Origin: Octopus sinensis
Taxonomy: Eukaryota
Direction: 5' to 3'
Assembly (NCBI RefSeq): GCF_006345805.1
Contig: NC_043000.1
Span: 61,132,001-61,196,000 of the forward strand
Length of the DNA stretch: 64,000 nucleotides
Below the pieces are notes generated by a model. It had not been told where the DNA came from and made no database searches. It saw nothing but the letters and a program-made list of their open reading frames with translations. The position numbers and the translations under genes are program-made. Shown piece after piece: positions 29,584-44,153 of this stretch. The stretch's first letter is position 1, and each line of letters opens with the position of its first letter.

Positions 29584-32500
29584 GACACTTATTTGTATTC
29601 TATACACATGTTTGTATGTATAAACATATCCATACATACGCACGCACGCACATACATACATTTGGCATACATATACACATGCATGCATACATACATACAT
29701 ATACATGTATATATGTATGTATATTAGAGACACTAATAACCAGTTGTTAGAACTGAATATACATATGCACATACGCTTTAGTGTAAATTGTTAGCCAAAT
29801 AGACAAGTACAGAATGTAATATTAATAGACGGATGGCAAGATAACAAAAATTACGTGATCAACTTCATTAGATTATAGCTATGCCTGCAATAAGAAGAAG
29901 TGTACTTAGAGATGGGTGCTTGTACAACAATCTAACGTTTCCCGGGAGTCATTAAAATGAAGTCTATGAATCTCTCCTGAAACATTCTGAAACGATAAAA
30001 TCCTAAGAACATTCTTACGCTTTGAGGGTAAAGAACAAGCTTTATATATATAATATTAATTCAACAGGCTTAAAATCTTAAATTTGTTTTGAAGCAAGAG
30101 TGACTAAAAGAAGCATGGAATAGCGTAAACAAATGCAAGCAAAGTGGATGTGAGACAGAAACGGCTAAATGAAAGGCTTCAATTTCAACCAGCGAATGAA
30201 AACGTATCGTAAAATCTTGATGGATAAAAATGACAAAATCATATTAGAAATTTTGTTAAACCGTTTGCAAAATCGTATTAAAATATTTTCTAACATGCAT
30301 AAATCGAATATTTTGGAAAATGCTATATTATTACCATTTCCTGCGAAAGAAGTATATTAACCATCACCGACAGTTACAGTCATCGACGAGAAAGTTGAAG
30401 GTGAGGAGGATTAGGGAAATTAATACGGATATGGAATAATGATATGGGTGCAAATCCTATCTGCCGCCCTGTTAATCGTCTTATTCGTGTGTCTCTTAAA
30501 TGAACTCAGCCAGGTTTCCAATCTGAGAACTCAAATTTCTCCCACCAATCACATAGGTCTGGATAGAGGTCAAAGGTGATCCCTTACCTCCTCTGACTTA
30601 ATCATAGAAAATGCATGTAAAGGAATGGAATTTGTTGGACGGAATTTAAAGAGCGAAAGTGAATGCTGGATGTAAAATGCAACTCATAAGTTGGAAAGAA
30701 GGTGGAGAGGAGAGGGAAAATGTTGAACAACGAAGTCTATTAAAGGAGAAGCAGAAGAGATACAAATTGCTCAATTACACTGATTGCTTTTATTTGAAAT
30801 ATATCTGGGATATCTTTGATTGAACAAAAATATATGTAAGTGAAGGTTTCTTTTGAAACGCAGCAATATCTGAATAAATATACTAGCTAGATCATGTACC
30901 AATTATTAATCGATTTATAGATTTTCTTTCAAACAACATTTCGAAACATCCACAGCTAAACAGAATTCTATTTAATGAATACCACACGATTTCGAATAGT
31001 CTTTCAAGGTCAGAACTGAAATAGGGTTACTCTTTTCTCGACATGTCCGATAGTATACGTGTAAACGTGTCTAAGGAGTGATCGAATACGAACCCTCAAT
31101 AACAGAAGGAAACTGCTGCACTTAAGTGGGATAGAAGGCGTGGAGGAGCACGAATGTGAAGAACAAGACTTTCGATTGAAGGCGATGTAGAACTAACACA
31201 AATTGACCAATTAGGCTGATTATTTTCTTCTAATATGTATCTGGGAAGTGTTTGATTAAAAATAAAAGAATAGATAGAAAACAAAAAAGAACGCAACGAA
31301 CTGTATCATCCGATGTGAAAACAATATTCCATGCTGGGATCCATTTAGAGTTTAGGATTAGAATATAGTTGGAAAATCAAAGAATCAGGATACAAATTGT
31401 GGAAGTAATCACATGTGACGATATGTCAGATGGTTAATTAAGAAATACGATTGAAGAAGAAATTAGCTAGTGCCAATCACCGAGACAGCTAATTATTTGG
31501 AGCGAATAAATGTGTGTGAAGAATGTCAAAGGGCTAAGAAGAATTGTCGATACTGAAGCCTTTGATTAAGATTATCTCTACGATACTCTTATTCCCTTTG
31601 AATTATAATTCTGTGAGGTAGTTGGTAGTGACCTCAGTCTCTACCTAAGGTTGTGATGACTACCTGTCAAAAGTTCTTGAATCTTTTGACTCCTACGGAC
31701 AGTGCCTAGTATGGTATTCCGTCTCGCATTACGGATGCTCGGCTAAAAATAAATAGTTTCATCGCCTTGTGAGGCAAAGGTTATAAACTTTATAGTATAT
31801 GCATTTTGGAGCCCCTTAAGACAGAAATTGCCGTTGCTAAACTGATACCAAATGGATCACCCTGTATACCTGTGTATCACAACAACAAGAGCGAGCAGGA
31901 ATTCTGACATTCGTACAACTCAATATTTCCAAATACTTAACCCAGGCTTAGTGACCAGTAGTGCGAAAGTCCATTAAATATAAAAAAAAAAACGGACTTC
32001 CCTTTAAGAAATGACACTCATTTAAAGATATAAAATAATTTAATTGCTGTTGTTCATAGCCCCAAGTCGGGCAAGATCGAACACATCTTTTAATTAGGGA
32101 TGTTTTAGCCGAAATCATTATTTGGTTTTGAAACAGAATACAAACTAATGTCCATACTAGCAAGTCCGGTGACTGTATAAGGGCTTCCTTGTTTAGTGGT
32201 GAGTTATGTACATTTGGATGTGTTTTGGAGGCAATCCATTTAAAACATTTGGAAAAGCTTGTTTAGAGAATTCTCACTTAAAATAACTGGAAGGAAATGT
32301 TTTTGGGTCTGGGGTTTCGTGTTTTGCGAGAGAAAATGAATATTTCCAGGAAAGTAGAATTAGCGTTACATTTTGTACGAGTACCATGTAACTGGGAACG
32401 TTGATTAAAAGACGAATGAAATTTCTGATGTATAATATCGATCTTGCTTGGAAAATTATAACGTATTTCCGTGGGATTTAAAAATTTTCTTCGATTACGT

Positions 32501-33249
32501 TTAGTGCAATAGTTATCTTCATAAACTATTAAATAGAATCCAAATCCAACCGTATTAACTGCGAGCCTGCTAAAGCTACAAACGTTTCAGGTGGTGATGT
32601 CTTAGACTGTTTCATGTTTTTGAAAACTCTTCATCAGAAGCGAAGCAACTGAAACCATAAAGGAAGCGTTTGCTTTGGCTTTGTCTGTAAATAATAGATA
32701 TAAATATAGTAAACAGGAGCATTCATCTAAATTCTACCAAAGAGGCTAGAAGGACATTGTGTGCTCTATTTGAAGAGATTCCGCACAGAAAATGAAAACA
32801 CACGAGAAAGGGTGAAAGGGAGAAAAGGAGAGAAATAAAGATGCAGCAGATTATGTGTGAAAAAGTGAGGAGAAATTGTAGATAAAAGACAGATAAGAGG
32901 AAAGAAGGAAACACTGAAGCACATAATATAATTTCAAAGATTAAACTGGTAGCTAAGAAATCCTACGGAGAACTACAGGAAGAGCAGTTATACATGCAAC
33001 ACATATATACTGACGCGCGCACATACAAATACATAAAATAACGCTGGAAAGTTTAGGGAAATGAAAGAAGAGTTGAAATTCCACGAAGATATTATTAGTG
33101 TCAACATTGTGAATACGCCTTATTAATTACATCACGGTTAAATACACAACGTTCGTATATAATTTCATTCTTATCACTATGAAAATTTGAAGCAAGTTAT
33201 ATATAAGTACCACAGAAACATCTAAATAAAATTTCAGTTGAAACGCAGT

Positions 33250-33318
<69 letters not shown>

Positions 33319-34259
33319 TTATATGCATGTGTGGATGTTTTTATGTGTGTACATGTGTGTATGCATGTGTACATGCTAGATTACGTAACAATTATTAATC
33401 GATTTATAGATTTTCTTTCAAGTAACCTTTCTAAACACCCACAAATAGACAGAATTCTTCATAATGAATGCCAGAAGAACTCAAATGGTCTTTCAAGGTC
33501 AAAACTGGTTCACTTTGATCCTGACATATTTGATGCTATAAGTATAAAGTTGTATGCTAAGTGTCAGTGTCAAAACTCGAGCGCCATGTTTTAGCTAAAA
33601 GCGGATGAGAAACGTGTTCCTGATGCTATGGATCCAAATTAAGAAATCGATATGATATTGAACCTTGTTGAAAGTGGCTGTAACAAACTTGTTTCCCCAT
33701 CATAACCTTTGACGAAAGAAAACTTAAAGTTCAGCTGCTGAATAAATAAAAATGTTCTGATTATTTAGGAACGTGTGGGTTTTCGAAGTCATATATGTAG
33801 CTGTGTTAACACAAGGAAAAAAGTCAATAGAAAATTAACTTTGCATAACTTGAAACAAATTATAAACCGTAATAAATTTCTAGAACAATGTTGTGTATAA
33901 GTTTCAGTCTTTTGGTAGCAGATGAACATTGTAACAGCGTAGTAATGATAATAATAGGGGCGTAGGTGAATATCGTAAATCAATAAGTAAGAGTTACTGA
34001 AATCTATTTTATATGTTTGTTTCAAATTCGTGATTGAGGCAATTTCGCTTCACTTATTTTGTTCGTTCTGGTACACACACAGAACGCATGCATAGAAAAA
34101 GATATTGAGCTAACAAGAAAGCCTACACATGGTCACTCGTGTCATTATAAATAACAACAGAATCCCTTTCAATTCATATTCGAATGTTTAAAGCACGAAG
34201 AACCCATTTAATAGTGTAATTCAATACAATTAAGCATACATACGATTAAGCATACATAA

Positions 34260-34700
34260 ACTTAGCTATGATGTGGCTGGACTACCAAAAGGTTTTTGAT
34301 GGTATATCAGATAGGTGGATTATCTAAGCACTGCAACTGGCCAAAGTCTGACCAATACTAGTAGCTACCATCTACCACCTAACTAAAGCCTAATACCTCT
34401 CCCTACTTCTTAGAGTCTTCAACGAACATTTTGAATTTGACACCATATACTAACAACAAGACATTCTTGTTGTTAGTACTACTCTTTGCTCTGTCATTAA
34501 CGCTTCCTATCGTACTTGATCACGAACCATAGCAGGTATAGGATGATTTTATCAACGTTTCACTTTTTCATTGTTGATGACCTGAAGCTGAATGGACCAA
34601 GTGCCAACCACACCAAAAAGCAACTGCATCTCATAACCCAATTCCCTAAAGACGTTGGAATTAAATTTGATGAGTCCAAAATGTGCATTTTTGGTGGAAA
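34260..34700 (+). pseudogene. R4/Dong- or NeSL-like non-LTR RT remnant
   Basis: LAMMWLDYQKVFDGISDRWI (cf. WIDYKKAFDSVPHSWI), FIVDDLKLN (cf. YMDDLKLY) and FPKDVGIKFDESK. Confidence 0.7.
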
Positions 34701-35107
34701 ATACGAGAGGTTTTGCTCTCTTTAATGACGTTAAACATGAACGACCCTAAAAAATACTACCTAAAAACATTTACTTTTTGGGGAAAGTAACTCGGACAGG
34801 ATAAAAATGTCACCTTTGAGAGACCCATATATAAGGAGAGGACAAGGAATGGATACCTCCCGAGAGTTAAAAATATATGGTCTTCCGAAATCTTAGCCCT
34901 TCCCTGTATAATTGTATACAAATATATATGTAATATATATATGGCGTTGCTATGTGGTAGGAAGCTTGCTTCCTAACCACTTGGCTCCGGATTCAATCAC
35001 ACTACGTGGTACTTTGGGCAAGTATTTTCTATTATAGCCTCGTCCTGTCCAAAGTCATGTGAGTGGATTTGGAAGATGGAAACTGAAAGAAGCCCATAGT
35101 ATATATA

Positions 35108-35274
35108 TATATAACTAATGTAGGATAAAATTTTTTTCGGGAAAAAAATGTTATCAATGGCCAGCATATCAAAAAATACCTTTAAAGGTTAAATTTATAA
35201 ATAATTTACAAGATAAGGGCAAAAGAAAAATTCTAATGCCAAATATGCCGAAAAAAAGACAAGAATTGTCAATA

Positions 35275-35275
<1 letters not shown>
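35108..35275 (-). mobile_element. TA-flanked dispersed repeat, second copy of ~16150-16320
   Basis: ATGTAGGATAAAATTTTT...GCCAAATATGCCGAAAAAAAGACAA is near-identical to the reverse complement of 16150-16320; (TA)n on both sides. Confidence 0.8.
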
Positions 35276-35313
<38 letters not shown>

Positions 35314-35325
35314 CAAACACATATA

Positions 35326-35425
35326 CAGGGTGCGTTGGGTAAATGGTTGCCATTTTATATTTTCAATATCGCGCATGTGCACTGTTTGTTTTTGATTTTG
35401 TCGACTACACAGTATAGTAGGGTGT
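35326..35425 (+). mobile_element. Tc1/mariner-like terminal fragment
   Basis: TA|CAGGGTGCGTTGGGTAAA resembles the CAGGGTG termini at 19559 and 26285. Confidence 0.45.
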
Positions 35426-37994
35426 TTACGTTCGCGTAAATTAGCGGTTCGGCAAAAGACATCGATAGAATAAGTACTACGGTTAAAAATAAAATAAGCA
35501 CTAAGGATGATTAGTTTGACTAAAATTCCTCAAGGTAGTGTCCCAGTATGGCCGCAGTCTAATGACTGAAACAAGATAAAAGATAAAAGACAAATATATA
35601 AACAGAGCGAAGGAGAGAGAGAGAGAGGGGGGGAGAGAGAAAGAGAGGGAGAGAGAGGGAGGGAGGGAAACCATGCAAGTGGCTACGTTTAGATATATTA
35701 TAAAGTTAATTTTCGAAATAATCTTTTACTTGATATAAAGAATATTAATTCGGTTTCTAAGAAATAATGGAGATACTTTAGATTGCCTCGACAGCAGGCA
35801 GGCTTCAGTAGATGCAAATGTTAAGCTATAGAGATTAAAATGTAAATTATAATTGAATTTAAAGAAAACAATTCAGTAAGTTATAATTTCTATAGAATAA
35901 TGATTCAGACTTTGTATTCAAGCACAACGATAATAATGACGAATTCCATTAACTGATGCATTTTTGAAGGATGATTGGAGATTTGGTGGACTGTGTGAAA
36001 TCAAAGGAAGATTTAGTTTAGCAACCAAACATAAGATAAACACCTGATGCCTGTTAGCAAAATTAGAGTATATTTGCCAAATTATTAGGTGCAGCGACGT
36101 TTTAAAAAACCTTTTAAATGAAAAAATACTTTTGAAACCAGTATACTGCACAGCTACATCTAATGTAACGAATAAATTAGCATGTAAGATGTAGTTCTTT
36201 TTTGCTACATTTTATAAAAATATATTTAAAAATAACTTTTTAAATAGATGCAAAAACGATAGATTTGAGTCCCAAAGATATGAAAGTCGAAATTTTGTTC
36301 ATTAAAATGTTGAGATAAAAACTGAGTTTGATAAGCAAAGTTTTATTCGCATTCTGTACTAAATTGAAAGTAAGAGAAATGTTGCTACGAAACTATTATT
36401 TACATGTATAATACAATATGAGCTAATTTCTAGAAGTATCTTGTTCATATTAAAATATCATATCAGCCAATCACATATTTTTCTCAGGTCACTACCACAA
36501 ATTAAAAAATCTAGATTATTTGAAAAGTTCCTCTTCTTTTTTGTTTTTAAACTTTTTGGAACTCTCACAGTATTCGGAGTAATATCTTATGTATTCTCAT
36601 ATCTTATATTTACTGTAGTGATACATCTGACCGAGTGGATAGATATAATGGTGCCCTCAAATTCTTCCAGAGAACTGGAGAAGGAAATAAAATTCTTCAC
36701 ATTGTCATAATATATGCTAGAAATAACAGTCAAATCTCTCTTTCTCTCAAACACACTTCACCGTTTGCACGAATGTGAAAATACATTGCTTAATGTGATT
36801 CTAGTCAATCTTACAAAACTGGATGGTTACGAATGAAACATCTCTGATCAGCTGTCGTTTCTAGCGTTAAACAACAGTACTTTTAAGATATTTCGGTTTT
36901 GTGAATGAAATTTCTTAGTATGCAATCACAAACGGTATTAATCCAAAATGCAATGGCACCTTACATTTTAAGTACTTTAATGAAAGGTTAGTAGAATTAT
37001 TTTCTATAAAAAGTAATGACTTAACGATTAAAGAAACTAAATGGAAAACAAAATACATTTTATTTGAATATATACATCATTCAGTTTGACTGCAAAAAGT
37101 TGTTCTATACAACCTTCTATAACAATGTGAAGTGAAGCGTAAACTTTTACCCATCGTAGCAGATATATTTTCTGAATATATTTGACAAAATGTATGTTAA
37201 TATGACAACGGATTAGGTACGTTTAACCTTCAATCCTTCTGAATCACATGGTCGATACATGCTAAAAGCATCTGTGTAATGAGAATCTTCTTATTTTAAG
37301 CATAAACTTATGATAGATATTGACCCAAGCGCAGACGTACAATTTCATGAGAACTTGAGATGTATTTTTCTTGACATATTTTGTATATTCTTTACTTGAT
37401 CAAATACTTAAAAGACTTCCTATTCCTGTTACTTTGAAAAGCAATGAACTACTTTCGATCAGTTTAATGATACGGTTTCTCGGGGATATCTCTTCAAGCT
37501 TAATTTGAAATTAGGTTTTTCTGAAGAGTAGACAATGTATGATTTAAATAGCATTAAACAGAATTTTAAACGAATATAATTCTCCTTCGATCAAATGAAC
37601 AAAGAGAAGGAGAGTAAGCATCAATTTGTTATCACCATTTCTCTCTCTATGACAGAAAAGAGGCTTAGTTACGATATATTTTGATTTGCTGTTGAATTTC
37701 TAATCATAGACGCCAGGGAGTATTAGAATTAGGTCGACGATTCATAACGAGGAATAGAAAAGAACTAGGCTTAGAAGATATCATAATTTATATAAATAGA
37801 TGCAGCACATTAAGAACATCAATGAATACTAAAGAACACATAAACATGACTAATATCACAAGTAGTTTAGGCAATTTAGCGGAATGATATGTTTTGAAGA
37901 GTGCAAGGTGAAAATATTTGGCAAAGATTTCGAAGATTCTGGAGAAGAGTGTTGGAAAAGCGAAAGTGTGTTCATATTCATTTACGTGTTACAG

Positions 37995-38160
37995 GCATTT
38001 GACTGCGGCCATGCTGGAACACGGCTTTGAAGGTGTTTAGCTTGCTTAGTTTAACTTTACTACTAATTCTATTGATTTCTTTCATTAAAGAGATCGCATA
38101 CGGAGGTGTAAACAAACCAACTCCGGTCATCAAACATTATTGAAAGACACAAAGATACAC

Positions 38161-38207
<47 letters not shown>

Positions 38208-38218
38208 CTATCTATCTA

Positions 38219-38306
<88 letters not shown>

Positions 38307-38561
38307 TCTATCTATGTATCTATCTATATGCATATATATATGTATATATATATGGGTTATGAGAGGTAATGGTGTGAGGAAGACCCAAAGGTGTCAGGTA
38401 ATGCTGAGTAAGTGCGATGGATAGACCATAGTTAAGCTCCAGGTTCGGTGATTATGCGAATAAGGAGTCCAACGTAGGTCATATATCAGTGTGTGTATAT
38501 ATAACATTTTTTTTCAGAATGAGATAAATGAGAACGTTTTTTTTAATCTCATTCTGAAAAC

Positions 38562-38620
<59 letters not shown>

Positions 38621-38795
38621 TGCATAAGTTTTCGCATTGTTTCTGTGTATCAAATTCATAATTCATATTCACTCACAAGGCATTATACGGGCCGGGATCA
38701 TAGCTTTAGAGACTTGCCCAAGTGTGCGGTCCAGTGGTTGTGACCCCGAAACTCAAAAATCACGAAGTGAAATTCTCAGCCACACAGCCGTACCT
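37995..38795 (-). mobile_element. Family-B SINE remnants (tail ~37995-38135, head ~38640-38795)
   Basis: CATTTGACTGCGGCCATGCTGG and CTCACAAGGCATT..CTTGCCCAAG..CACACAGCC. Confidence 0.6.
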
Positions 38796-39262
38796 GTATT
38801 TATGTTTATTCTAATTATGTTCATTCTTCGTTTAACGAAGCTTGCTTCTAACAAGGAAATGAAGCTCTATCAGTAGACTTTAGATAAAAGCAGGAAAGAA
38901 TTAAGCGTTTAAAACGCTTTCAGATTTTAACTGTTCCACTTGCAAATAATATTTACGAAGTTGAGAGCTAGATGTTCGCTTTCTTTCCTTCAAAGCATTA
39001 GCATTTTGAGATATCATAGGCATTTAGCAACATAGCTACATGTACGAATTACTATAAGTACAATTGTCAGTTTATAATCTTGATAGAAAAGCTGTATGAT
39101 TCGAAATGATTGCTGGTAAATATATTTTCTTATAGCTTTCGAAAAAAAATATTTCTGATGTGCAGCTGATCCTTATGATAAGACATAATTTGCCCTTACT
39201 TTTTCAATTAACCACAAACGCGCACACACACACACGCACACACATACACACGCATGCACACG

Positions 39263-39309
<47 letters not shown>

Positions 39310-39692
39310 TTTTCTAAGGAATTTTAGAATTTATTTCAACTGAGCACTTAATCGCTGTTAAGGTCATGAAAAGACTCAAACCTCTAACATTGTTCAGTTA
39401 TGTTTAGGATTCATTGTAGAACTTCAATTTCCTGTATGCTGTATTTGAAAGGTATACGACAATATGAATAATACAAAGCAGCTGAATTAAACATCAAATT
39501 GTTGAATGAAAGAAAGTTTTAGATTGCATGACTATATAAACACACTCACACACACACATACACACACACATACACACACATACACTTATGATAGATATAT
39601 ATGTATTATGGAAGAGAGAGAAACATTGGCTTATATATATATGTGTGTGTGTGCGAGCATATATATATATGCATGTATGTATGTATATATAT

Positions 39693-39767
<75 letters not shown>

Positions 39768-40036
39768 TGTGTGTATGCGTGTGTGTGTGTGTGTGTGTGC
39801 ATGTATCAGGAAGTGAAAAGAGGGAGAAGCGGGAGGAATTTACAATACATTACAATGGCAAAATCATACTGACTACAACACATTGTGAATCAATAAATGA
39901 TTCAGAATCTACTGCCGCGTCAGGGATTAAGTGAAAAGCCACTTGACTCAGATGAAAGTAGTCATCATGCAAGCTATGCAAACGGGAGATAATCTGGCGA
40001 TCTACATACAACTTCCTTAATATTAGTATTTATAAA

Positions 40037-40249
40037 GGCGGCGAGCTGGCAGAATCGATAGCTCTCCCGGGCAAAATACTTAGCGGTATTTCGTCCGTTT
40101 TCACGTTCTGACTTCAAATTCCTCCGAGATCAACTTTAACTTTCATCCTTTCAATGTCGATAAAATAAGTACCAGTTGAGCACTGGGGTCGATGTAATCG
40201 ATTTACCCTTCTCTCGAAATTACTAGTCTTGTGCCAAATTTCAAAACCA
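40037..40249 (+). mobile_element. Full-length family-A SINE
   Basis: GGCGGCGAGCTGGCAGAATCG head, GTTC..AATTCC B-box-like segment, core and 3' AAACCA end. Confidence 0.85.
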
Positions 40250-41677
40250 GTATTAGTATTTGCAATAGTCTAAGGAAGATGCGATTTGGAAAGTTCCCTT
40301 TAAGCTTTTGTAATCTAGCAATGTTAAAAAAAAAATTGCTGATTGGGTATGGTAAGTTTAACCGAGATTTCAAACTTGCTGAAGGTATTTCGTTGCGTTT
40401 TCTTTTGTCAGAACTTTTTTCACAGTGCAGCTTGAGTACTCCTAGCTGATATAAATAGGTAAAATATAATCTGAGAATATTACTTGTGTTAAACTGATAT
40501 TCTATCCAATGTGTGATATACTCTTTGTTTCATGCCATGAAACTGGAGCGATGCACCTGTCCTCAAATCATCTGAGCTTAAGCTACATTTACACATGTCG
40601 GTAATTTGAACAATTCAGACGTAGCTGCGTTCATATGGAATGGAAAAATAACAAAGATAAAACTATAACAGTAGCAAAGTTATTTATTTGTTTTCTTTCA
40701 CTTCGAAACTTGTTCCTTTTATTTTGCTGAAATATATCAACTATTACATGGAGATTAGAAAGAGAATACATATTATTTCATAAGCAAAATTTAATTATCA
40801 ATACTAGAGCTATGATTATCAAGTAGATTTATTAATCCAAGAATTATGATTATTTTATCCGATACTTCTTTTTAAAGCCTTTTAATCATACTGTCAGCAA
40901 GGTTTTTTTCCAATAATGCAGAACCTAATTTGTGTCATTCTTCATGAAAATACAAAAGAAGGAAAAGAGAAGAGAAAAGAAACGAAAACCAAACAAATAA
41001 AAAACAAATAATCCTTACTTGAATTCTACTTTGACTTGGTGTTACACGTATTCAATCAAGTCTATGTTTGGAACCTGTTCACACAAAAAATAAACTTCTC
41101 TTTTCCAGGATTTTGAAGAAACGTTTTCACTAATTTGTCAGAAACGCAGAGATGCTATCATATCATTATATTGCAACTTTAGAATGAGACCTGTTATGAA
41201 GGGAAGGAAATTCTATTGTAAATGTTTTTTTTATTTTATCGTGCAAAGACAGTTCCATTGTAGACAATAGAAGGACTAGCATGTTGACTGGGGAAGCATA
41301 TCATTAGTAAATTGTGGTTAGGTTTTCTTGCTGATTGTAAGCATTTTTTACACTAAACTTTGAGTCTTATTTATTTGTGGAGTAGTAATAGGGCAACGGG
41401 AAAAACTTAATTCAACGAAATTGATGTCTTTTTTGTATGTAGAGTGCAAGATGTGGTAGTGTTAAAAAATATTGTAGTGTCTCTGTGAACCCAATTTATT
41501 ATGTTGTCTTCTTCATAAAAAATGAAAATCTCAAAAATTCATAGCTAGACGAGGGTGGTCTTTAACAAGAAACTAGGTTTTCGGCACATTACAGGGTTTT
41601 TAAAAATGTTAGGATGCTGACTATTAGTTGTAAATTGATACTATTAATAAGATAAAAAAATAAATGCTCCCTTTTAA

Positions 41678-41910
41678 AGCCTAGCCAGGCTCATGGGGCC
41701 GCTTTCCCAGTTTCAATGGCGTATGTGTTCCCTAGCTGGACGGGATGTCAGTCCATCGCAGAGTTACTCATTTTTGTCAGCTGAGTGAACTGGAATAACG
41801 TGAAAGGAAGTGTTTTGCTCAAGAACACAACGCGTCGCCCGATCCAGAAATCGAAACCACAATCTTACGATCATGATGTTAACACCCTAACCACTAAGCC
41901 ACGCGTCTCC
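41678..41910 (-). mobile_element. tRNA-derived SINE, family C (V-domain-like core); related head at 54030-54135 (+)
   Basis: Minus strand GGAGACGCGTGGCTTAGTGGTTAGGGTG..GGTTTCGATT..TTCTTGAGCAAAACACTT..CTGCGATGGACTGACATCCCGTCCAG. Confidence 0.7.
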
Positions 41911-42602
41911 TCAAATTGATACTATTAAGAAATATATTTCATTGCTGTTAAGAGCGGGACCACTGTATAACTTAAGGATTTTATTAGATAGAGCACACCT
42001 AGGGAAGTAAGTTGTCATACTCATGATAAACTACATGAAGGCAAATCGTGAAGGGAGCACCAATGATGTAACGAGTTACGAGATTCAAGCAAGCTTTGCG
42101 TATTGGAGTTTAATGAAACATTCTATATTATTTGCTATTTCTATATTCTATTACTGTCTTTTGTTTTGAAATAATATTCTCTGTAAAATTAAATACGATG
42201 ACTCAAATTCAATACCTAAAAATAGTCTTTTTCAAGTGCTCTTTCTTTGCATTTGTACCATACCAACAGAATGTCGTTGAAATACGTTGAAAGAAGCTGA
42301 CTGTTGCTATAAATACATGAATTAACCACATATTTGACGACTAATAAGCTTTGAAGTTACAAATTACATGCGTCAACGGATTAAGATATTCATTTGTACA
42401 TTTTATTGGGATTATGCACAGAAGAAAAGTTAGTGTATATAATTTCTCAACGGATTTCAGGTTTCTGACGTAATGAATTTAGAACTGTGCATCCCTTTCT
42501 TTTTTTATCTTCCACTAAACTCTCCCACTCTCTCACTCTCTCACTCTATCTCTCTCTCATTTATATATGTATATATGTATATATGTATATATGTATATAT
42601 AT

Positions 42603-42653
<51 letters not shown>

Positions 42654-42687
42654 CATATATGTATATACTGTTGTGTCTGGGGAGAGT

Positions 42688-42893
42688 CATTTTCTTTTGT
42701 ACCTTATAATTTAACACACTCACCGGCAAAATTTCCACTTATTTCTTATTTTTATTTTCCTAAAATTTTCTTTGCGTCTTGCAACCTTTTCAATAGTCAA
42801 GACTTCAATCAAAATTTTAAGAAAATAAAAACAAGAAATAAGTGGAAATTTTGCCGGTGAGTGTGTTAAATTATAAGGCACAAAAAGAAAATG
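42688..42893. repeat. Imperfect palindrome / foldback element, ~80-bp arms
   Basis: TATAATTTAACACACTCACCGGCAAAATTTCCACTTATTTCTT and its reverse complement at ~42834-42877; ~40-bp spacer. Confidence 0.85.
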
Positions 42894-43993
42894 ACGGAGT
42901 TAATAAGTGTCTAGCGGAGTCTGATCTAACTCTCTGTGTTCTGACGGGGACACCTGCGACGACAACAGTACGAAACTGTATCTGCTTTTCCTTTCTCTTG
43001 AATAACATGAGAGACATCGGAGCAAAGATCTGCATGTTACAAAAGTACTTGCCTTCCACAAAAGTTTTATCCAAGTCTGCGGCTTGGAGAGAAAATATTT
43101 CAGGTAAAGATACTCACATCATCTATAACAGGTGTAAAAAATTCATTTTCGCATACCACCAAATTCATAAATGTTAAATTTTTTTGAAAGACACAATAAA
43201 CTGGGTAATTCTAATATAATTATCAAGAATCTTTTCATTAATATCTGTGAGCGGCCCTACTGAATTTCATTTATTCCTTCGTAAATGCACAGAGAACTGT
43301 TGCTCAATAAACTGTAACAGGATTAATATTTACTGTCATTTACCTGAGTTTTTACTGTTATTCTTAAGTCATGTACACCTGAACAGCTAGACAGTTGATA
43401 AAAACGCTTTAGCGGTGGTTAACTTTTCTTATTTTATTCAGACGTAAGTGCAATGTTTTATTTCTTTCTTTAAGAGAGTAGAAAATGATTTAGGGGCAAC
43501 TAGTTTTGTAGCCGCATGCAGAGGCTCTCTTATCGGTTCGTATTTGACTTAATGTAGGAAACTTTATTTTTACTATTGCTCTTGGAAACAATTTTGTTTC
43601 TAATGATCTTCCACAGTTGTAGAGAAAAAGAAAAAAAATGACGAATTGCTAGAAATTAAAGATCGTTGTCAGAATAAGAAATTAGATAAGAGTAGTTGAT
43701 TGTAAACAAATTAATATTCTTCTTTCTTCTTGTTTTACTACAAAAGTTTTGTACTGAATGGCATAATGGAATACCAACGAGTTTATAAGATACAGTACTA
43801 CCTCGATGTTGAAGGTTGATAAACATAGCATACAAGTGTAATATAATCAGCAGTCACTTGTGAGCAAGTATGGCTTCGAAAAAAAGAACCATGCTTTCAT
43901 TAGTTGTTTTAGGTGGCTATATGGCAAGAACAGACATAAACATCCGTCCTGTACCTTCATCCTTAACCCAATGAAACATTCAGGTTAGAAGGA

Positions 43994-44153
<160 letters not shown>

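Larger units (their letters stand above)
34945..35590 (+). mobile_element. Family-B SINE split by insertions into its central microsatellite
   Basis: Head 34945-35100 and tail 35435-35590 enclose the TA-flanked repeat (35108-35275) and a Tc1-like end. Confidence 0.65.

Noticed and set aside
32601-32640. Minus-strand CTGATGA...GAAACAGTC hammerhead-like motif
   Set aside because: Stem II is irregular, stem III has a 1-nt loop and stem I is out of register; at most a decayed relic.
43010-43110. Possible exon ending CAG|GTAAAG
   Set aside because: All three frames are open, none is recognisable, and the acceptor is weak.
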